From Lingula anatina (Eukaryota; Animalia; Brachiopoda): a DNA stretch of 64,000 nt. A program made the translations under genes and the position numbers. Position 1 is the stretch's first letter; each line of letters opens with the position of its first letter. This document shows, piece after piece, positions 14,784 to 28,956 of this stretch. Below the pieces are notes generated by a model. It saw nothing but the letters and a program-made list of their open reading frames with translations, did not search any database and was not told the origin of the DNA. The stretch lies in the NCBI GenBank assembly GCA_051362555.1, contig CM120640.1:24166225-24230224 (forward strand). The letters are read 5' to 3'.

Positions 14784-14789
14784 AATAAA
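14784..14789 (+). terminator. Candidate AKIP1 poly(A) signal AATAAA
   Basis: AATAAA ~630 nt after the stop, followed by T/GT-rich sequence. Confidence 0.5.
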
Positions 14790-14864
14790 TGTATTCTAAA
14801 TTTCCCATGGTTTTCTTGTTAGATTAGTATAGAAAAGCACCAAGCAGAAATTTTAGAACTGCCA

Positions 14865-14870
14865 TTTATT
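14865..14870 (-). terminator. Candidate PAWR poly(A) signal AATAAA
   Basis: tttatt on plus, ~2.07 kb after the PAWR stop and convergent with the AKIP1 signal. Confidence 0.45.
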
Positions 14871-16936
14871 GTTTATAAACAATAAGCAAACATCCCAAAA
14901 TTAGATATAAAGATAATCTCAATGCATACTGTTCTAGAATATAATAAGCAGAGACAGGCAGGTGAGACATTGCTTAAGAAGAGAATAGCTTTCTTTTCTT
15001 TGGTATTAATCTATTTTCTACCACCCAAAATGCCACAGAGCTACTGGAGATTACAAATAAACCACAGTGAGATCAACTTGCAAAACAACAGGAGGGAATG
15101 CAAATATTCTCATGTATCAGGCATGTATACCATATTGTTAACCATAACACCAATCCTACGTGTATACTTATTTAGCATTGCACAGCTTTTTATGTACATG
15201 ATATAGCAAAAATTCATCAATGTTTAAATGCACGCTGTTGACTTAATTTTAATAGGAGAAAACTCCTTGAATAGAAAATGAATTTTCTTCACAGTTCTTA
15301 AAAATATTGATTGACCAACAAATACTTATTGGCTTTTAAATCGAGTTTTTAGTGCTTTAACATTCTGTGACTGACTAATTTAATGACTTCAAAAATTGCA
15401 TAATTTTTAAAAATATTTTTACAAACAATGATATAATTTGTCTAATAATCATAATTGTTCTTGAAATAAACCACTCCACAGACCTGCAAATAAATCCCCA
15501 CAAAATATTATATTCCAAAACTGGAAATACATTTTGGAATAACGAGTTATCACATTGCTAATACTAGCTATCCTTAACAATGAACAAAGTTAATAAACAA
15601 TAGCTAATAAACAGCCTGTAACCTTCAGTAACTAGTTGTCCTGTGCTTCACTCTTGAGAATATTATCAATAACTTAAACAAAGGAATGAAAGTTTAATTA
15701 CTGTTAACTATGCTCAATAAAACTGATTACGTATAACCTGTAAATGTCCTATAAAGAAGAAATGTTCTGATTAACAACATTTGTTCAGAATGCAATATGT
15801 CATGAATGGGAAAAAAGACATCAGATCTATCACACACACATGCTTCTTTTTACATCACAGCCACCTTGACTACCTCAAAGTTTGGTGGTTCATTTCTTTG
15901 AGAAACATGAAATTGCATTAATTAAACACCACATGAGGATCTGTCACCAATAATTTAGCACATGAGAGGGAAAATATGTCACAATGTACAACAATAATGC
16001 CATTTTTTTTTCTAATTTAGCACTAAGTGATAAAATATGGCACAGAAAAGTAGCATAATAAAACACTTCTTTGAAGCAAAAGGTATCTACCAAGAAATAC
16101 ATAGACTACAAACCTCTTCTACCTTAACCTAAATATGCTGCAAATCCTAGGCTTTATGTACATATACAGAAGTTACATTATACCACTCTTCTGCTCAGCA
16201 GAATTCCCTTTTTAAAATCATATTCAGACTTTTAACAGCTACAGAGTCTTTATAGCGGCTGTCATTCATATCACATTACATTTAACAGTACAACATTTAG
16301 TTTCACCAATGCAGATCAAAATGTCCTCATAGAACATGTGCATAATAATTCAAACATGTTACCTTTATCAATATTTTAAATTAATAAATCAATCAATAAA
16401 ATAAAGTTTGTTCAAGTTTTCACAAGTGCACAACTGGCTATTATATGCTTTCACTATAAAGAGATTTTAAATCACTGTCACCTCAAAAGCCTCAATAGAG
16501 AATCTTACACTCTGGTTTTGATATGTTACTGCCATTGCCAAAAAATTCTGAACAATTCCAAAAATGCCTCCCGCATCATATAAGATATGTTATATTACAC
16601 AAAAAAAGTACATTAAATGGTGATGTGTCAGGTATATAACTAAAACAACATGTGGATGCCAATTTCTAAAATCAAAGCATATTTTGAAAAACATTTAAGT
16701 ATAAGTGCCAAGCTATAGAAAAGTTAAAGAAAACATTTAACAATTTGAGTTTTTTTTAATATAATTCTTTCAACTATATGTGACCATTTTCATTTACTGG
16801 TAAATCACCAGCATTGCAGTTTAATCAAAATGAACAAATAAAGTCTACAATAAAGTTAAAGAATATTGACTGTGTTTGTAAATATTGACTTGCATTATAA
16901 TTATTACACAATATGTATACCCAATTAACCATGTTC

Positions 16937-17029
16937 TTAGACATCACTACCAAATGAACGTACACTCTGCAGAAGGACTTTATTTTCTGTGATTAACTTG
17001 ATATTTTCTTCATCCAAGACATCAAGATC
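16937..17029 (-). CDS. PAWR: PAWR exon 6 (leucine zipper)
   Basis: DLDVLDEENIKLITENKVLLQSVRSFGSDV*. Confidence 0.88.
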   Translation of the reverse strand, partial: DLDVLDEENIKLITENKVLLQSVRSFGSDV

Positions 17030-17692
17030 CTGAAAATGTACAACGAAAAAAAAAATTAATGTACTGGTCTGAAAAAAGAAAAAAAAAGAAAAGAAAATAT
17101 TCATTTCATGCAACATCATCACATACCCAAACAGCTTTATAAGTATCTTTTGAAATCAAAAAGCTATATCCTGTTGTAAATTTTTACAAAATCCCATTAT
17201 TTCCCATATTTATTTGTTGCAGGTTTAAACAAGATTTATTAAACCATATTATGCTTTGTAAAGCAATATGAAATATTCAATCAATATGCACCATAATCTC
17301 AGTATTGTGCAAATTTGACAGGAAGGAAATGCATTAAAGTAGAGTAGTATGGGCAGTTGTGACCACTTACAGGAAAACACCTATTCTTATTTTATTACAA
17401 CAACAACAATTAAGGTGTTACAAAGAGAGACATTATACAACCACATTGACCAATATACTGTACAGACATGCCATGAAGTTCAGACAACTTAAGGACATGC
17501 TAAACTATTAACAATCTGCATTCTTTGTGAACCTAAACAAAAGGATCTAATATAAGTAGGAAAACTTGTGTATGCCATGGAGCAAAGTTAAATATGAAAA
17601 ACAGTAATAACTAATAACATTAACATTTATTCATCATGCTTGAGCAGTGTGACCTCAACAACTTAAGTCAGGCTTGATAAAGTTAGTTTTTT

Positions 17693-17723
<31 letters not shown>

Positions 17724-20700
17724 GCATAACAGACAAACTCAGCTATTACTGAAATGTGTGCAATACTGTGTAAACACCCAATTCTCTTTTCTGAAAAAGA
17801 AAAAAGGACTGACATAGGACAAAAAAAATGTGCACAAATAAAAAAGACAATACAAGGAATGCAGTACTAAAGGGGAGCCATTAGAGCTTGGCCTTACCAT
17901 CATCCTGGTTATTGTTTTTTCTTGAAAAGAAAGATCACCTAGTTGTATCAGTGAACATTAACAATGTCTGCAATCTGCATTTGTCAACATGTACAAACAT
18001 CTGATGCACTATTGACTTCTTCTCTATTTAAATATTTTGGTACTGGTATTTTCAAAGGCCTATTCTCTCTTCTCTAAAACAGGAACCATTACATCTCTTT
18101 ATTTAGACGTTTTTTCACACACTATTATCATCCTTACCTGGTTGAGCAGAGCAATTTCCCTTTCCAATCTTGCAATCTGTCTGTCTCTGCCTTCCAACAG
18201 CTCCTTTAGTCTTTGGTTTTCTTCTTTTTCTTTTGCCAATTGCTGCAAAAGAGACACAACTTGCATGTATTTTTTTGTTAAAGTATGATATATTTGCTTG
18301 CAAATAAGACATTTCTTTGTGTAAGAATATTTAAATTATGCCTCAAATTACTTCCTAGTGTTCAGGGTAAATTAACAATGAAAGAGCTAATGGAATCATT
18401 ACAGAGAGATTCAACAGCACATTGAGTTAATTAATTCAGAAACCCATCAGACCCGCCACCATAGAAAACAGACATTTCAAAACCTAACCTTCTCCAACTC
18501 TTTGTTTTTCTCCTGCAATTTAAGCTCCTGCTGAGATGGACGCAATGATGGCCTGGAGTGACTAGAGTCAATGTCTATCAGATTGGTTTTATAACTAAGC
18601 TTGGCAAAGCCAGAAGAATCACGGTCAAATCTATTAAATGCTGACAGAGAAACTCGGCCTCCTACAGTGCTGGCATGGCCTCTGTCTCTGTCTTGGTTAT
18701 TAAAGGTTGTCCTGGCCTCCTCTGTCTTCTGAATTCTGCTGAGTTCTTTTTCTGGTGAATGCTTTGCATAAGTTGATTGGCTTGTTGATGCGGCCGATTG
18801 CCCAATGATGGTGAGATTGGTCTCTGACTGGCTGACAGTGCTGTCATAGTCCTGGTTATCTTCTAAGTCAGCTTCGAGGTCAGAAGGACTGAAAATATCA
18901 TAAGCAGAAACTACATGTGAATAACTTAACAAATTAATATTTAATTTCATATATAACTTTCAATTTCAATGGTTCTGCTTTTAGTAAACTTCCTTCAAAT
19001 TCTATTTACCTTGTTGTATTTATCTTTATTTTCAATACTTAAACCCTTATTGCACTACTGGCTTTAAAGTATCTTGAAAAGATTTCCAGTAACTTTTCTT
19101 ATGTTCACCTTTTATTTCTGCACCTCGAGGCAAAGGATTTTGAAAGTCGGTTCTGAAATAAAAACAACAACAAATCATATTCTTTGCTTCATAAAACACA
19201 ATTTCATTAAAAAGCTGAAAATGAATATACTTTAGTATGAATCATCCATATCTAATATCCTCATGTCAAATGACTGAAAAAATTTTAAATGTTCATAAGT
19301 GCTATTAATTAAAAACTCCACCTTAGATATTGATTGTCTCCTGTGTAGCTGTGGTTTTTGTGCTACAGCAACACTGATACCAGGTATCTCAAGGAGATCT
19401 TGCAGATAGCATGTGTAGATACCAAACCCAATTACCACTCAGTAACTCGCTTTACTGTTACCAATTTTCTCACCCTGTCCAGACATATAGGAACCAAATG
19501 GGAGTAATCCAAAGAGAAATGAAAAGTGACAGTTTTGCTCATTATGTGAAAGCAAAGGCTGCCGCTAATATTTAGGTACTAAGTTAGTTTAGGTCTGGTC
19601 CACTCAGACAGCCTGGTGCCTGATTACAATGGCAGAATGAAAATTGGAAGTGACAAGTTCTGCCCATTATGCAAAAACAGTGTCTGGTTCAAATCACACC
19701 TCTCACAAAATTTGACATTTAGGAAAACCATCAGCTTCCAACTGAATACGGTTCAGTCATTTTGATTTTATGATAAAATCACTTTTTAACAAACATAAGA
19801 TCTAATATTCAATGAAAAGCAGTTTTAATGGAAATCCTGTGCACCTCTCATTCTAGTTAGGAAATGTTAAAATAATTCTAATAGGTGCCAAGAAAACTAA
19901 AAAAGTGTTTGATATTCTGAAAATATAATCAGTACATCACAATGATCTAGAGGTTCAATTATAATAAAACTTGTTCTTCAAGTCTCAGCACAAGGTGGAG
20001 ACACATCAGCAATTCATATTGTAAACAGCAGAAGAAATTGCCTTGAATAAACCCGAGATGAAATGTGTTTCGACTTTCATGCAGATCTTTTCACCTCAAG
20101 TGAAAACACCTTCAAGCAAATGAGATAAGCATGCAGAATTTCCTCCACCCAAACCACAAAGACTTGGCTCTCAAGAGAGGGAAACTCTTATCCAGAAAGA
20201 AATGAAAGCACATGTGGGCATTCCTCGCTCTCCCCAGACAAAGAGGCACCACATGATCCAGCCATCTGAAATGGTGTGGAAAATTAAACTTGACAGAAAT
20301 GCTCATTATGCAGCTACTGTCGAGAAATGACCAATGAGAACCCAGGTGTAAATTTCAGTGGTTTCCATCCAGTTTACACTACCTCATATCACCACCAAAT
20401 GAACATGACAGATTTGCTGATTATGCATTTACGGAGAGGAGCTGACCAATGGAAAACCCCTGTACATATAGATTGCTTCTTGTCAGCTCAGTCAGTTTGC
20501 CTCAGTGCACATCGACACTAATGTGACTTGACAGATATGCTCATTATGCACTTTCAAACGTGTGATTGACCAATACCAAGGCAGGTGAGCACTTAAGGGG
20601 TTTTCCACATCAATATTCTGAGGGTTCCCCAAAGAAACTTTGGAGCTGAATAAATTGGGCAGAACTAATATTGGTTTGTTACTGTTTGGAGTGAAATGCA

Positions 20701-23700
20701 ATGTTATCAGTTTGAATTAATGTGGTATCCTATTTCAGATATGATTTTCAGCCTTGGTATGTCACGATTCATAATAGTAACACCATCTGACACACACGCC
20801 AGGTATTATAACACCATACTTATAGGTGACTCAAGTTGCAAATGCCATAACCAGGAAATTTGACTTTGTTTTCTGTGTAAGATAAAGAGGGGGATAGGGC
20901 ATACTTTTAACAAAATGTGTGTGTGGAGAGATAGTATGGAAGGGCTGGAATATTACAGGTGTAAAAAGTTAATCATCTCCAGGACATATTCTCGATTTCT
21001 CTCTCATAAACAAAAATTTAGACCCTACATATAATATGGTTATCATGCGCCAGATAACAGAATAGTCTTGACTTTGAAGAATTGTGTTCTGCACTCTCAG
21101 AAATCTGGTAGTCCTGCATTTACTAAAAAAAAAAAAACATTAGATTTTCATATGCAAATGATCTATATGAAATCCCCCCACAAACACACATGCCCAAGCA
21201 CCTTGAAGCCCAGTGACTGGTTTTGGGACATGTCCCAGATTTCATTTTCCAACTACTGGCAACTATATGCATATACGTCAGGCGTTTTAATAATAAAGCT
21301 GCTCACTTGCTCAGGTAACTGCCACAGATAAAGGCCTTGATGTGAATACTGATGAAGTCATTGAATCATATTTGATAGAGATCCTCATTATACACAGTTT
21401 TCAGGCTAACCAGTCCTGACTGATGAGAGAACTGTTGTCTAGCATAACTGCTATGATAGAACTGAGGAAATGTGCTCTGCCCTTTACCGAGTTATCACAA
21501 ATCTGAACTATCTCCTCTTAAACATCACCAATTTTCCCCCTAGGGTACACTAAACACATTACCCACAAAAAGATATACTGTTATTAATAAGCATCAATTC
21601 CATCATATGATTTCACACTGTGTGATGTTAATGCTCTGGATATTGACAAAAAAAACTGAGATGTGATTTTTGTGGGCAATCTTTCCTGGCCTATGCCACA
21701 AGGTGGAGACATTACCCCAGCAATGCCTTTAAAATGAGCATTACTTGGTAATGTTAAAGCTATATAAATCAATTCTAAAGATATCATTACACAACATAAC
21801 ATGAATTTTGTCTCAGTCGGATAATTGGTGATAATGTTCAGTGTAATGTCCCTTGGGGCAGAGAGCACTCTGATACATCAAAAAAGCAAAATGCTTTCAT
21901 ATAGTTGTAGAGAAGAGGTCTGTTTGATGCAACTAGTATTGACATTTATCTTTTTTTTTTTTTTGCCTGCTGACATTTTATGCATATTGGAATATTTCAG
22001 GCACCACAGATCAATTCTGAAATTAAAGTAGGAACTAACTCTATTCTCTTTACCCGACAAAAGGTTGAAATATTAAATAATCAGCTGTTCAACTTCTTTG
22101 AGAAATGTTATAATGCATACAAAGGAACAAAATGTTTGTAAACAAGTCTTATTATATTTCTAAAACTAAATATATATTAATAAATATAATTTAAATTCAA
22201 TTGGAATGGTGTAAGAGAGTACACTCAATTTTGATCATAAAAATCTACTTATTCACCTGCAAGGAAAATAAGGACATTACAACTCCAGGCATTCTATAAG
22301 CAGCCAGCAAAAATCGGAGGACAGAAAGTGCAGTAAATTGAAACCAAATTGGCAGCGATTCATGTGTCACAGCTGCTGTTTGGAATATACAGTAGCATTT
22401 GTTCTCATTGGTCAGAGAAAATGTTATCAGTAGTTTGAATCTCCATAATGAGCTGGTGTTTATGTTAGGGGTGCTGTGCTCACTGGCATGGAACACAGGC
22501 AGCTCACAGTGCTGGAAATTGATTATAAAACGGTGTAGATTCTAGGCAGATGGAAACACATCAGGGTTGGATTAGGAAAAGAAATGAATTTCACTGAAAA
22601 AAAGTTGTTCAATTTTAAAATGAACATTTTTTTTTTCAAAATGTTTATTTTCTTTAAAAGTTAGCAGAAGACTGATACTATATTACAATCTCAATTCTGG
22701 AGAAAAAATAAATAAGTTTCTTTTTATTAGCAGAATATCAACAAGTTCCAGGCCATTACTTAATAAACAAAAATAACAAAAAAGCACACTTTATTAAAAG
22801 AATTCTTAGACACGACAGAAATATCAAATAAAACTTTAAAAAACATTTTAAAATGGAAGACTATTTTTACTAATATATCATTTAAATATCACAACTTCTC
22901 TCCCTTAACATACCTCTACTGGTGTTTCTGGGTTGTCATTATCGATGACTTCATTGTACGATGTGTTCTTCTTGGTTTCTACCCCAGCATCTTCTTCATC
23001 AAGAGAATCTCCTGTACTCTGAAAACATAAAACAGTACCATCTCTTTATATCATATCCGGCAACCACTGACGCATATTCCATTTAAAATTAAAATACCAG
23101 AAATTGCCAGAAACAACTTTTATAAATATACTACAAAAAATGACAACTTAATGGTAAGCAAATAACTCGTCTATCAATAGGGAAGGAGGGGTAACATTAA
23201 TTTCAGAACATGAATCTGACAAGGCTTATCGTAAGGGCCACTCCGCAGTGTTTTTTCTCCTCATTGACATGTTTGTTCACTGTAAAACATTTTCCTACAG
23301 CTTATCCTTTAACTTATTTCAAGAAAGTTAAAATGAGGTGGGATTGCTTTTCTTGTTTGTTTTGTGGGTTTTTGAAAAAAAAACTTTAAAAAGGCAACAC
23401 AAACAAGAAGATGTAATTAAGAGAATAAATACTGTAAAACAGCAACTTTAGTTCCACCTTTAAAGTAAAAGGGATACCAATTTGCACCCACAAAACACCC
23501 TTTAAAGCTTAAACCCATTTCATTGTCACTAAATCCTTATCAACTCATTAATAAATGCACAAGACTGGCTCATAAAAAGTCTGCAGAATACAGTTTCCTG
23601 TAGTGCAATGAGACTTACAAGAGAGAACTTATTTCAGCATTTGTAAATTCCATTTAAATAACCCAAGGCATTGTGTTGATCAATGGCAGTGGATATACTT

Positions 23701-26700
23701 GCAAATATTATTGAACATGCATGAAAACTAAAACAGGTCCATGTGTTGTGGTGATCTTATATAATGTATTTGCATAAGTTTGTTTGAATAAAAAGTACAG
23801 GTTATTTCTGTATATACTCCTATCACAGGCACTGTGGGCTTAACTGTTTGTGCTTCTGTTTAACGATTAAGCTGGGGAATGAAGTCAGTGCTAAACTGAC
23901 CTTCAACAAATTGGTACCACAATTATTTCCAAAGTCAACATATGACATCTGGCAGCGCCAGAAAAATATTCCCCTCTCTCGATGTGCCAACCGATTTGCA
24001 TTCACAGCAAAATACTTTGCTGATTTTGAGACAAGGCAATGGTTCGATTCACTCATTCACTCAACTGATTCAATAAGCATGATCAACTGAATACAAAATT
24101 TTTAAAAACTGTTTGCTTTCAACAAATCACCTATTGAACAATAAAGAAATGAGATTTTATAAGTTTAAAGTTTACAGGTTGTTGATTCTTAAAAGGCAAA
24201 TGGCTAAATAAACTAGGTGTCAGAAATTGAGCTTTTGAGTCAAGAACTCAAGATGACAGCTTTGATAGTTTAGTGTACCAAGGGCTTTAAAATACCAAGC
24301 ATTTTTTCACCTTGGCGCTTTTTAAATTCTAGACCTTATTTTCCTCAGTTGAGTTCATTTCACTTATGGTATTTGCACTGGACCAACAAAACTGATGGCA
24401 ACTTTTTTTACATAAATTCTGACTTCAAAGCCTGTTCAATCATAAGTCTTTTCCCCCCCAATCTGATCAAATGAACGAAACCAAGTCTGACCAATATCGT
24501 ACTGAACTCTTGGGAATTTATTGATCACACCATCATCAAATTCATCTTGTCTCCTGGTAAAGTTGTGTAAAATTACAGGCATTACAACATATTCCATGGT
24601 TGGGTTCATTGATTATAAGGACATCAATTCGGAGCACTTTAATATTTCTCAGAGGATTTATTTCTTACAAAGCAATCCATTCAAGCATAAGATTCACATT
24701 TCACCTGCTATAAATTGTGAAAATGGGGGACAGCGCACTGTACCGCATTCAAAGGCACTACTAGTATCAAACTGAATTTAAACCATTTTTTTGCAGTGTA
24801 CGAGTGAAGCTTGGAAAATTATGTACATGTAAATCCTCAATATTTCAAAGAGTTTTAAAAAGTCAATTTTGTGATAAAAACATTTTCAGTCTATCTGTGT
24901 CTCAGTGAGAACGGAAATGCCTCAGAACAGACAGTGTGCACTGGCAGTCTAATGGCAGTAATGGGAAAAGGAGGAGAACATTTTAATCAAATTCACCATG
25001 CCCTAGAGTGTTCTTGATAGTATATAAACAGCATTAGCTCCTCAATATGCTGCCAACAAAATCTTTATATTGACGTAGTTTACTTGGTGTAGAAACACCT
25101 ATTGATTACAAAGATGGCAATGGTCTTAATAAATTATTTTTTCATAAGAAACACACCAATATTTTATTTGACTTGGTGCATATTTTCATAACCTCCTCTG
25201 AAATAGACACCTTACACTGAACAGTCTGATTCAAATACCATTGTCAAGAATGATTCAAATACCATGTCTTTATGGCAATCAGTGGTTTTCTGTTTTGTTG
25301 AGTTTTCCAACCCCCCCCCCTTTCCAATTTTTTTTTCTATAAATGCTTATACTGATTTAGCTATTCTGTAATGAACTCTTTTAGGTTTAATTTTCTCTTG
25401 TAAGTTGGTGGACTGGTCATCTAAAGAATTATGTTTTATTGGGAGAAACTTTTAACGCATTTAATTGAGGATGCCCCTTGCTCTTTCTATGCTATGGTCA
25501 TGTAAACCAGATTACCACCAAGACTTTCACAAATAAACTTTACAGGGGGAATCAGAACCAACAAGACTTGAAAAGTCATAGATTTGTTAAATAAATAGTT
25601 CCCAAACCAAGAACATCAATCCAGACCAGATTCTTTACTCTATTTCCAAGTTTATCTCAGAGTATAAACACCTGTGTTATTGGCAACATACGTCATGCTA
25701 TTTATAAAATTTATCTCAAGACTTACAAATCTTAACTAAAAAATAAAATAAAATAAATAAATAAATGATAAATCAACAGTTTTGATTTACTTACACTCAA
25801 AACTTGGTGACTGTAATAATGTATTTTATGCCCAAGTGTTTACTGAAGGAACAAATTTTTCAATTCAAAAAAAATTTCAAGAGAATCTTCTACAAATCAG
25901 TTTTTACCATTAGTTCTTTTTAATTTCATTTTTTTCACAGAAGTGTTGCATAAGTACATACATTTTCTCTACATAGGAAATGAAAGTTAGAATCTATCAC
26001 ATCAAATGATCATAGATGCAGAAGAATAAAAAAATATAAAAAAGGAATTTCCTGGTAGACACTGATGTCAGTTCTTAGAAATTGGGCTAACTTAATTGGT
26101 ATTGTTAATAGGCATACAATCTCATGCATGTCTCTTTTTTCATTTTTTTCTAAACAAAGATTTAACAGCCCAATAAATCACCTTCAGTGCATCTTTGTGA
26201 TTTAAATTCAGCAACACCAAAACAAAAATAAACGTACTGAGAAACACAAAAAATCTATTCAAAAGAGATTAAAGATGCTGTGTGAAAACAGCCCAGGGCA
26301 CTACATTCCTGGCATTCTTTTCCTCAGTTGATATCAGGACATTTCTAAACTTCTAGTCAACAAGCTTGGTTTAAATTACATTGCATCTAAAAACCTTAAT
26401 ACTCAGGTCAACTGTTTAGAGAGGTATGATAATAAAAGACAGCAGAGTGCTATCCCACTAGTTTGTGATACAATGGGTGACTGGTGAACTTGTGACGTGA
26501 CCTGCATAATATTGTGTGTTTTGATGAAATCAACAGCCCACCTGTGACCTGGCTGTCTCAGTTATCACTGTAGGCAGCTTATGACTTACATATCATAATG
26601 TAACCTTTCTTCTTTAATGGCACTCTGACACAAAGCCCTCGCATGTCCATCAGTTGCAAATCTTCTGCGTTTTCTGCATTTTTTTCCACTGGATTATTTC

Positions 26701-28956
26701 CTAATCACTGACGCAATAAATATGTCTGGCATGATTTATATGCCTTCATGTCAACCAATATTATCGCATTACTTAATCATCTTAACTTTTGCTGCACACC
26801 ATTATGTTAAAATAATATACAGGTAGATGGGTGATCAATTTACAGCAAAATATTCTAATGTCAATTACATGAATGATTTAAGGGCCACTTCAATTACAAA
26901 CAAGTCTGTCTTCATCAGAGTTGTGACCTTCCAAAGAGCCCATTTTCACTCATTTTTGTCTTGGCAAAATCCCCACTCCATCTATTAGCCCCCATTTTCA
27001 CCTTGTATTAAAGGTAACGAGATAATTAAATAACATCAACTTTCTCATCACTGCTAGCTGATGAATGATTCAGCCTTGTAGACACATCATCAATAAATCA
27101 CTCAAAGTGTCAATTCTTTTGTTGCCATACATTGTCAGATATAATGGTGTGAGAACTCCCCCGCTGTATGACTTTGCAACTATTTCTGCCCATAATTCTT
27201 CATGAGCTATTTCAAAATTACACTTTGTCACCCCAGAAATATTTCAGAAGTCAACAATAAGGTAGTTGGATAAAATAAAGCAGATGTGGAGCTCTATTCA
27301 GCACACCATATGATTCAATATTCAGGTGTACCCAGGCAACTTTTGAGATTTATGACCCTAGAATATGACAAAAGAGATTTGTGGTTGTTAAACTAGATGA
27401 TAGACTGATAGTAGATTACCTCACCTATTTCACGGAAGCTGGCCTACACAAGAGTCATAAATGTACCCATCACCATCACCAAGTCATTAAACAATGGCAT
27501 TAGGATACAGTGGGTGCTTTAAAACATGCACAGGTGTCAATTGAAGAGGTATATTCATTGTAGACTAGCATGACCTGGTCATTAATTTTTTTTGGGAGGG
27601 CTGATTCAATCTTTGGCAGAGTACTTTCCCATATGACACGAAGATGGTTCATTTCCTCTATTGTCACTCGTTTGCTGCTGGTTCTATGCTGTCAGTGATT
27701 ACATTTACTGCACATGTAGTTCAAGGCAACAAGTGCATAATATCTCTGGAACCAATCTAGGATGCCTGGCGCTGAACTACTAAGTTCTGAAGGGCTGGTA
27801 TTCACAAACACAAACTGGATGGTTTATAACATGCTAGTGTAGATGCCATGGTACAGACTTGAGATTAAAAATAAAGTTAAACACGTGCCTTGTTTTTTTA
27901 TGTAGAGGAAACTCAACATTTTTTTAGACATAATATGCTTGGAAACACCTGTATACTTAAATAACTCCTACAGTGTTATTCTAGTTAATGTGATTCTCTA
28001 TATTTGTCAAAACTTTCTCCCGATTAACCTGAACAGTTCAGCTGATGAATTTTTTCACATGTATTATAACAACAGCAGCAGATTAATCACATCTTAGCAA
28101 AATGTGAAACTTACAGAAAAATACTGGATGGTATGAATTTTTTTACTGGATATCATAAAGATTCTTTGCATAGGTGTGTTCTCCAAAACCTACACACTGT
28201 TTTCTAAATTCAAAACAGCAAAACAATTGCCAGTTACCTTCTTCAAAAAGAAAAAAATATTAACAGCCATATATTGTAGACTTACAGCTTTTCCTGTTAC
28301 TTGCAATAATTATGAAGATATTTTGCACTGACAGCATCAACAGCTTTACGTGTTAACATACACAGTGTCATAAAAAAATCTTGACAACTATTTGGAATTG
28401 AAAAGGTATTTCAAGAACAAAAAAATAACTGGGGATTCAAAATAAAATTTAAAAAGACATGTCATCATTAAGCCCTATCTGCGAATCGTATAGTTCACTT
28501 CAACAATGGCAAAGCTAAAAATAAACAGAGCAGCTGACAGAGGGTTTAGAGATCACCTTTATTAAAATACTACGAATGACAACACGTACGTACCTCGGAT
28601 GGGAGATGCACGACACCTGTGCTTCTTCTCTTCTCCCTCAATTTTCTTTTGTCCTTGGCCGTCTTTCCTTTGTGTAAATGGTTTGGTCTTCTTTTTGACG
28701 AGTCCTTGGATCTAGAAGGGGTACCTAGACGAGACGGCGACTCGTGGTCTCCGCCACGATTGGGACTTCGATCTGGAAGCACAGGACAGTGACCGTCGCC
28801 GTTCTTGTCCAGTCCATCCCCTGTGTTGTCAGCACTCTCTGGACCGGCTTTATATCCCCCACTTCGACCTCTGGTTGGTTTCAATTTACTTCGACGGCAG
28901 TTTATTTCGTAGTCATCCCTATCTAAGCTTTCTTGACTTAGGGAACTCGACGCCAT
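16937..28956 (-). CDS. PAWR: PRKC apoptosis WT1 regulator (Par-4), 6 exons, ~369 aa
   Basis: Phase-consistent exons 28956-28594, 23018-22914, 19152-19109, 18888-18489, 18242-18138, 17029-16937. Signature KRKLREKRRSTGVV (NLS/SAC region) and C-terminal leucine zipper DLDVLDEENIKLITENKVLLQSV (human DLDDIEDENEQLKQENKTLLKVV). Confidence 0.9.
18138..18242 (-). CDS. PAWR: PAWR exon 5 (coiled coil)
   Basis: QLAKEKEENQRLKELLEGRDRQIARLEREIALLNQ|gtaagg. Confidence 0.88.
18489..18888 (-). CDS. PAWR: PAWR exon 4
   Basis: PSDLEADLEDNQDYDS...KLQEKNKELEK|gttagg. Confidence 0.85.
19109..19152 (-). CDS. PAWR: PAWR exon 3
   Basis: NRLSKSFASRCRNKS; 44 nt, phase 0/2, needed to join exons 2 and 4 in frame. Confidence 0.75.
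19527..20575. promoter_or_regulatory. Cluster of five composite TGACAG+TGCTCATTATGCA motifs (candidate enhancer) in PAWR intron 2
   Basis: Copies start at 19527, 19651, 20291, 20406 and 20529. Confidence 0.5.
22914..23018 (-). CDS. PAWR: PAWR exon 2
   Basis: STGDSLDEEDAGVETKKNTSYNEVIDNDNPETPVE|gtatgt. Confidence 0.85.
28594..28956 (-). CDS. PAWR: PAWR coding exon 1
   Basis: MASSSLSQESLD...AKDKRKLREKRRSTGVVHLPSE|gtacgt. Confidence 0.9.
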
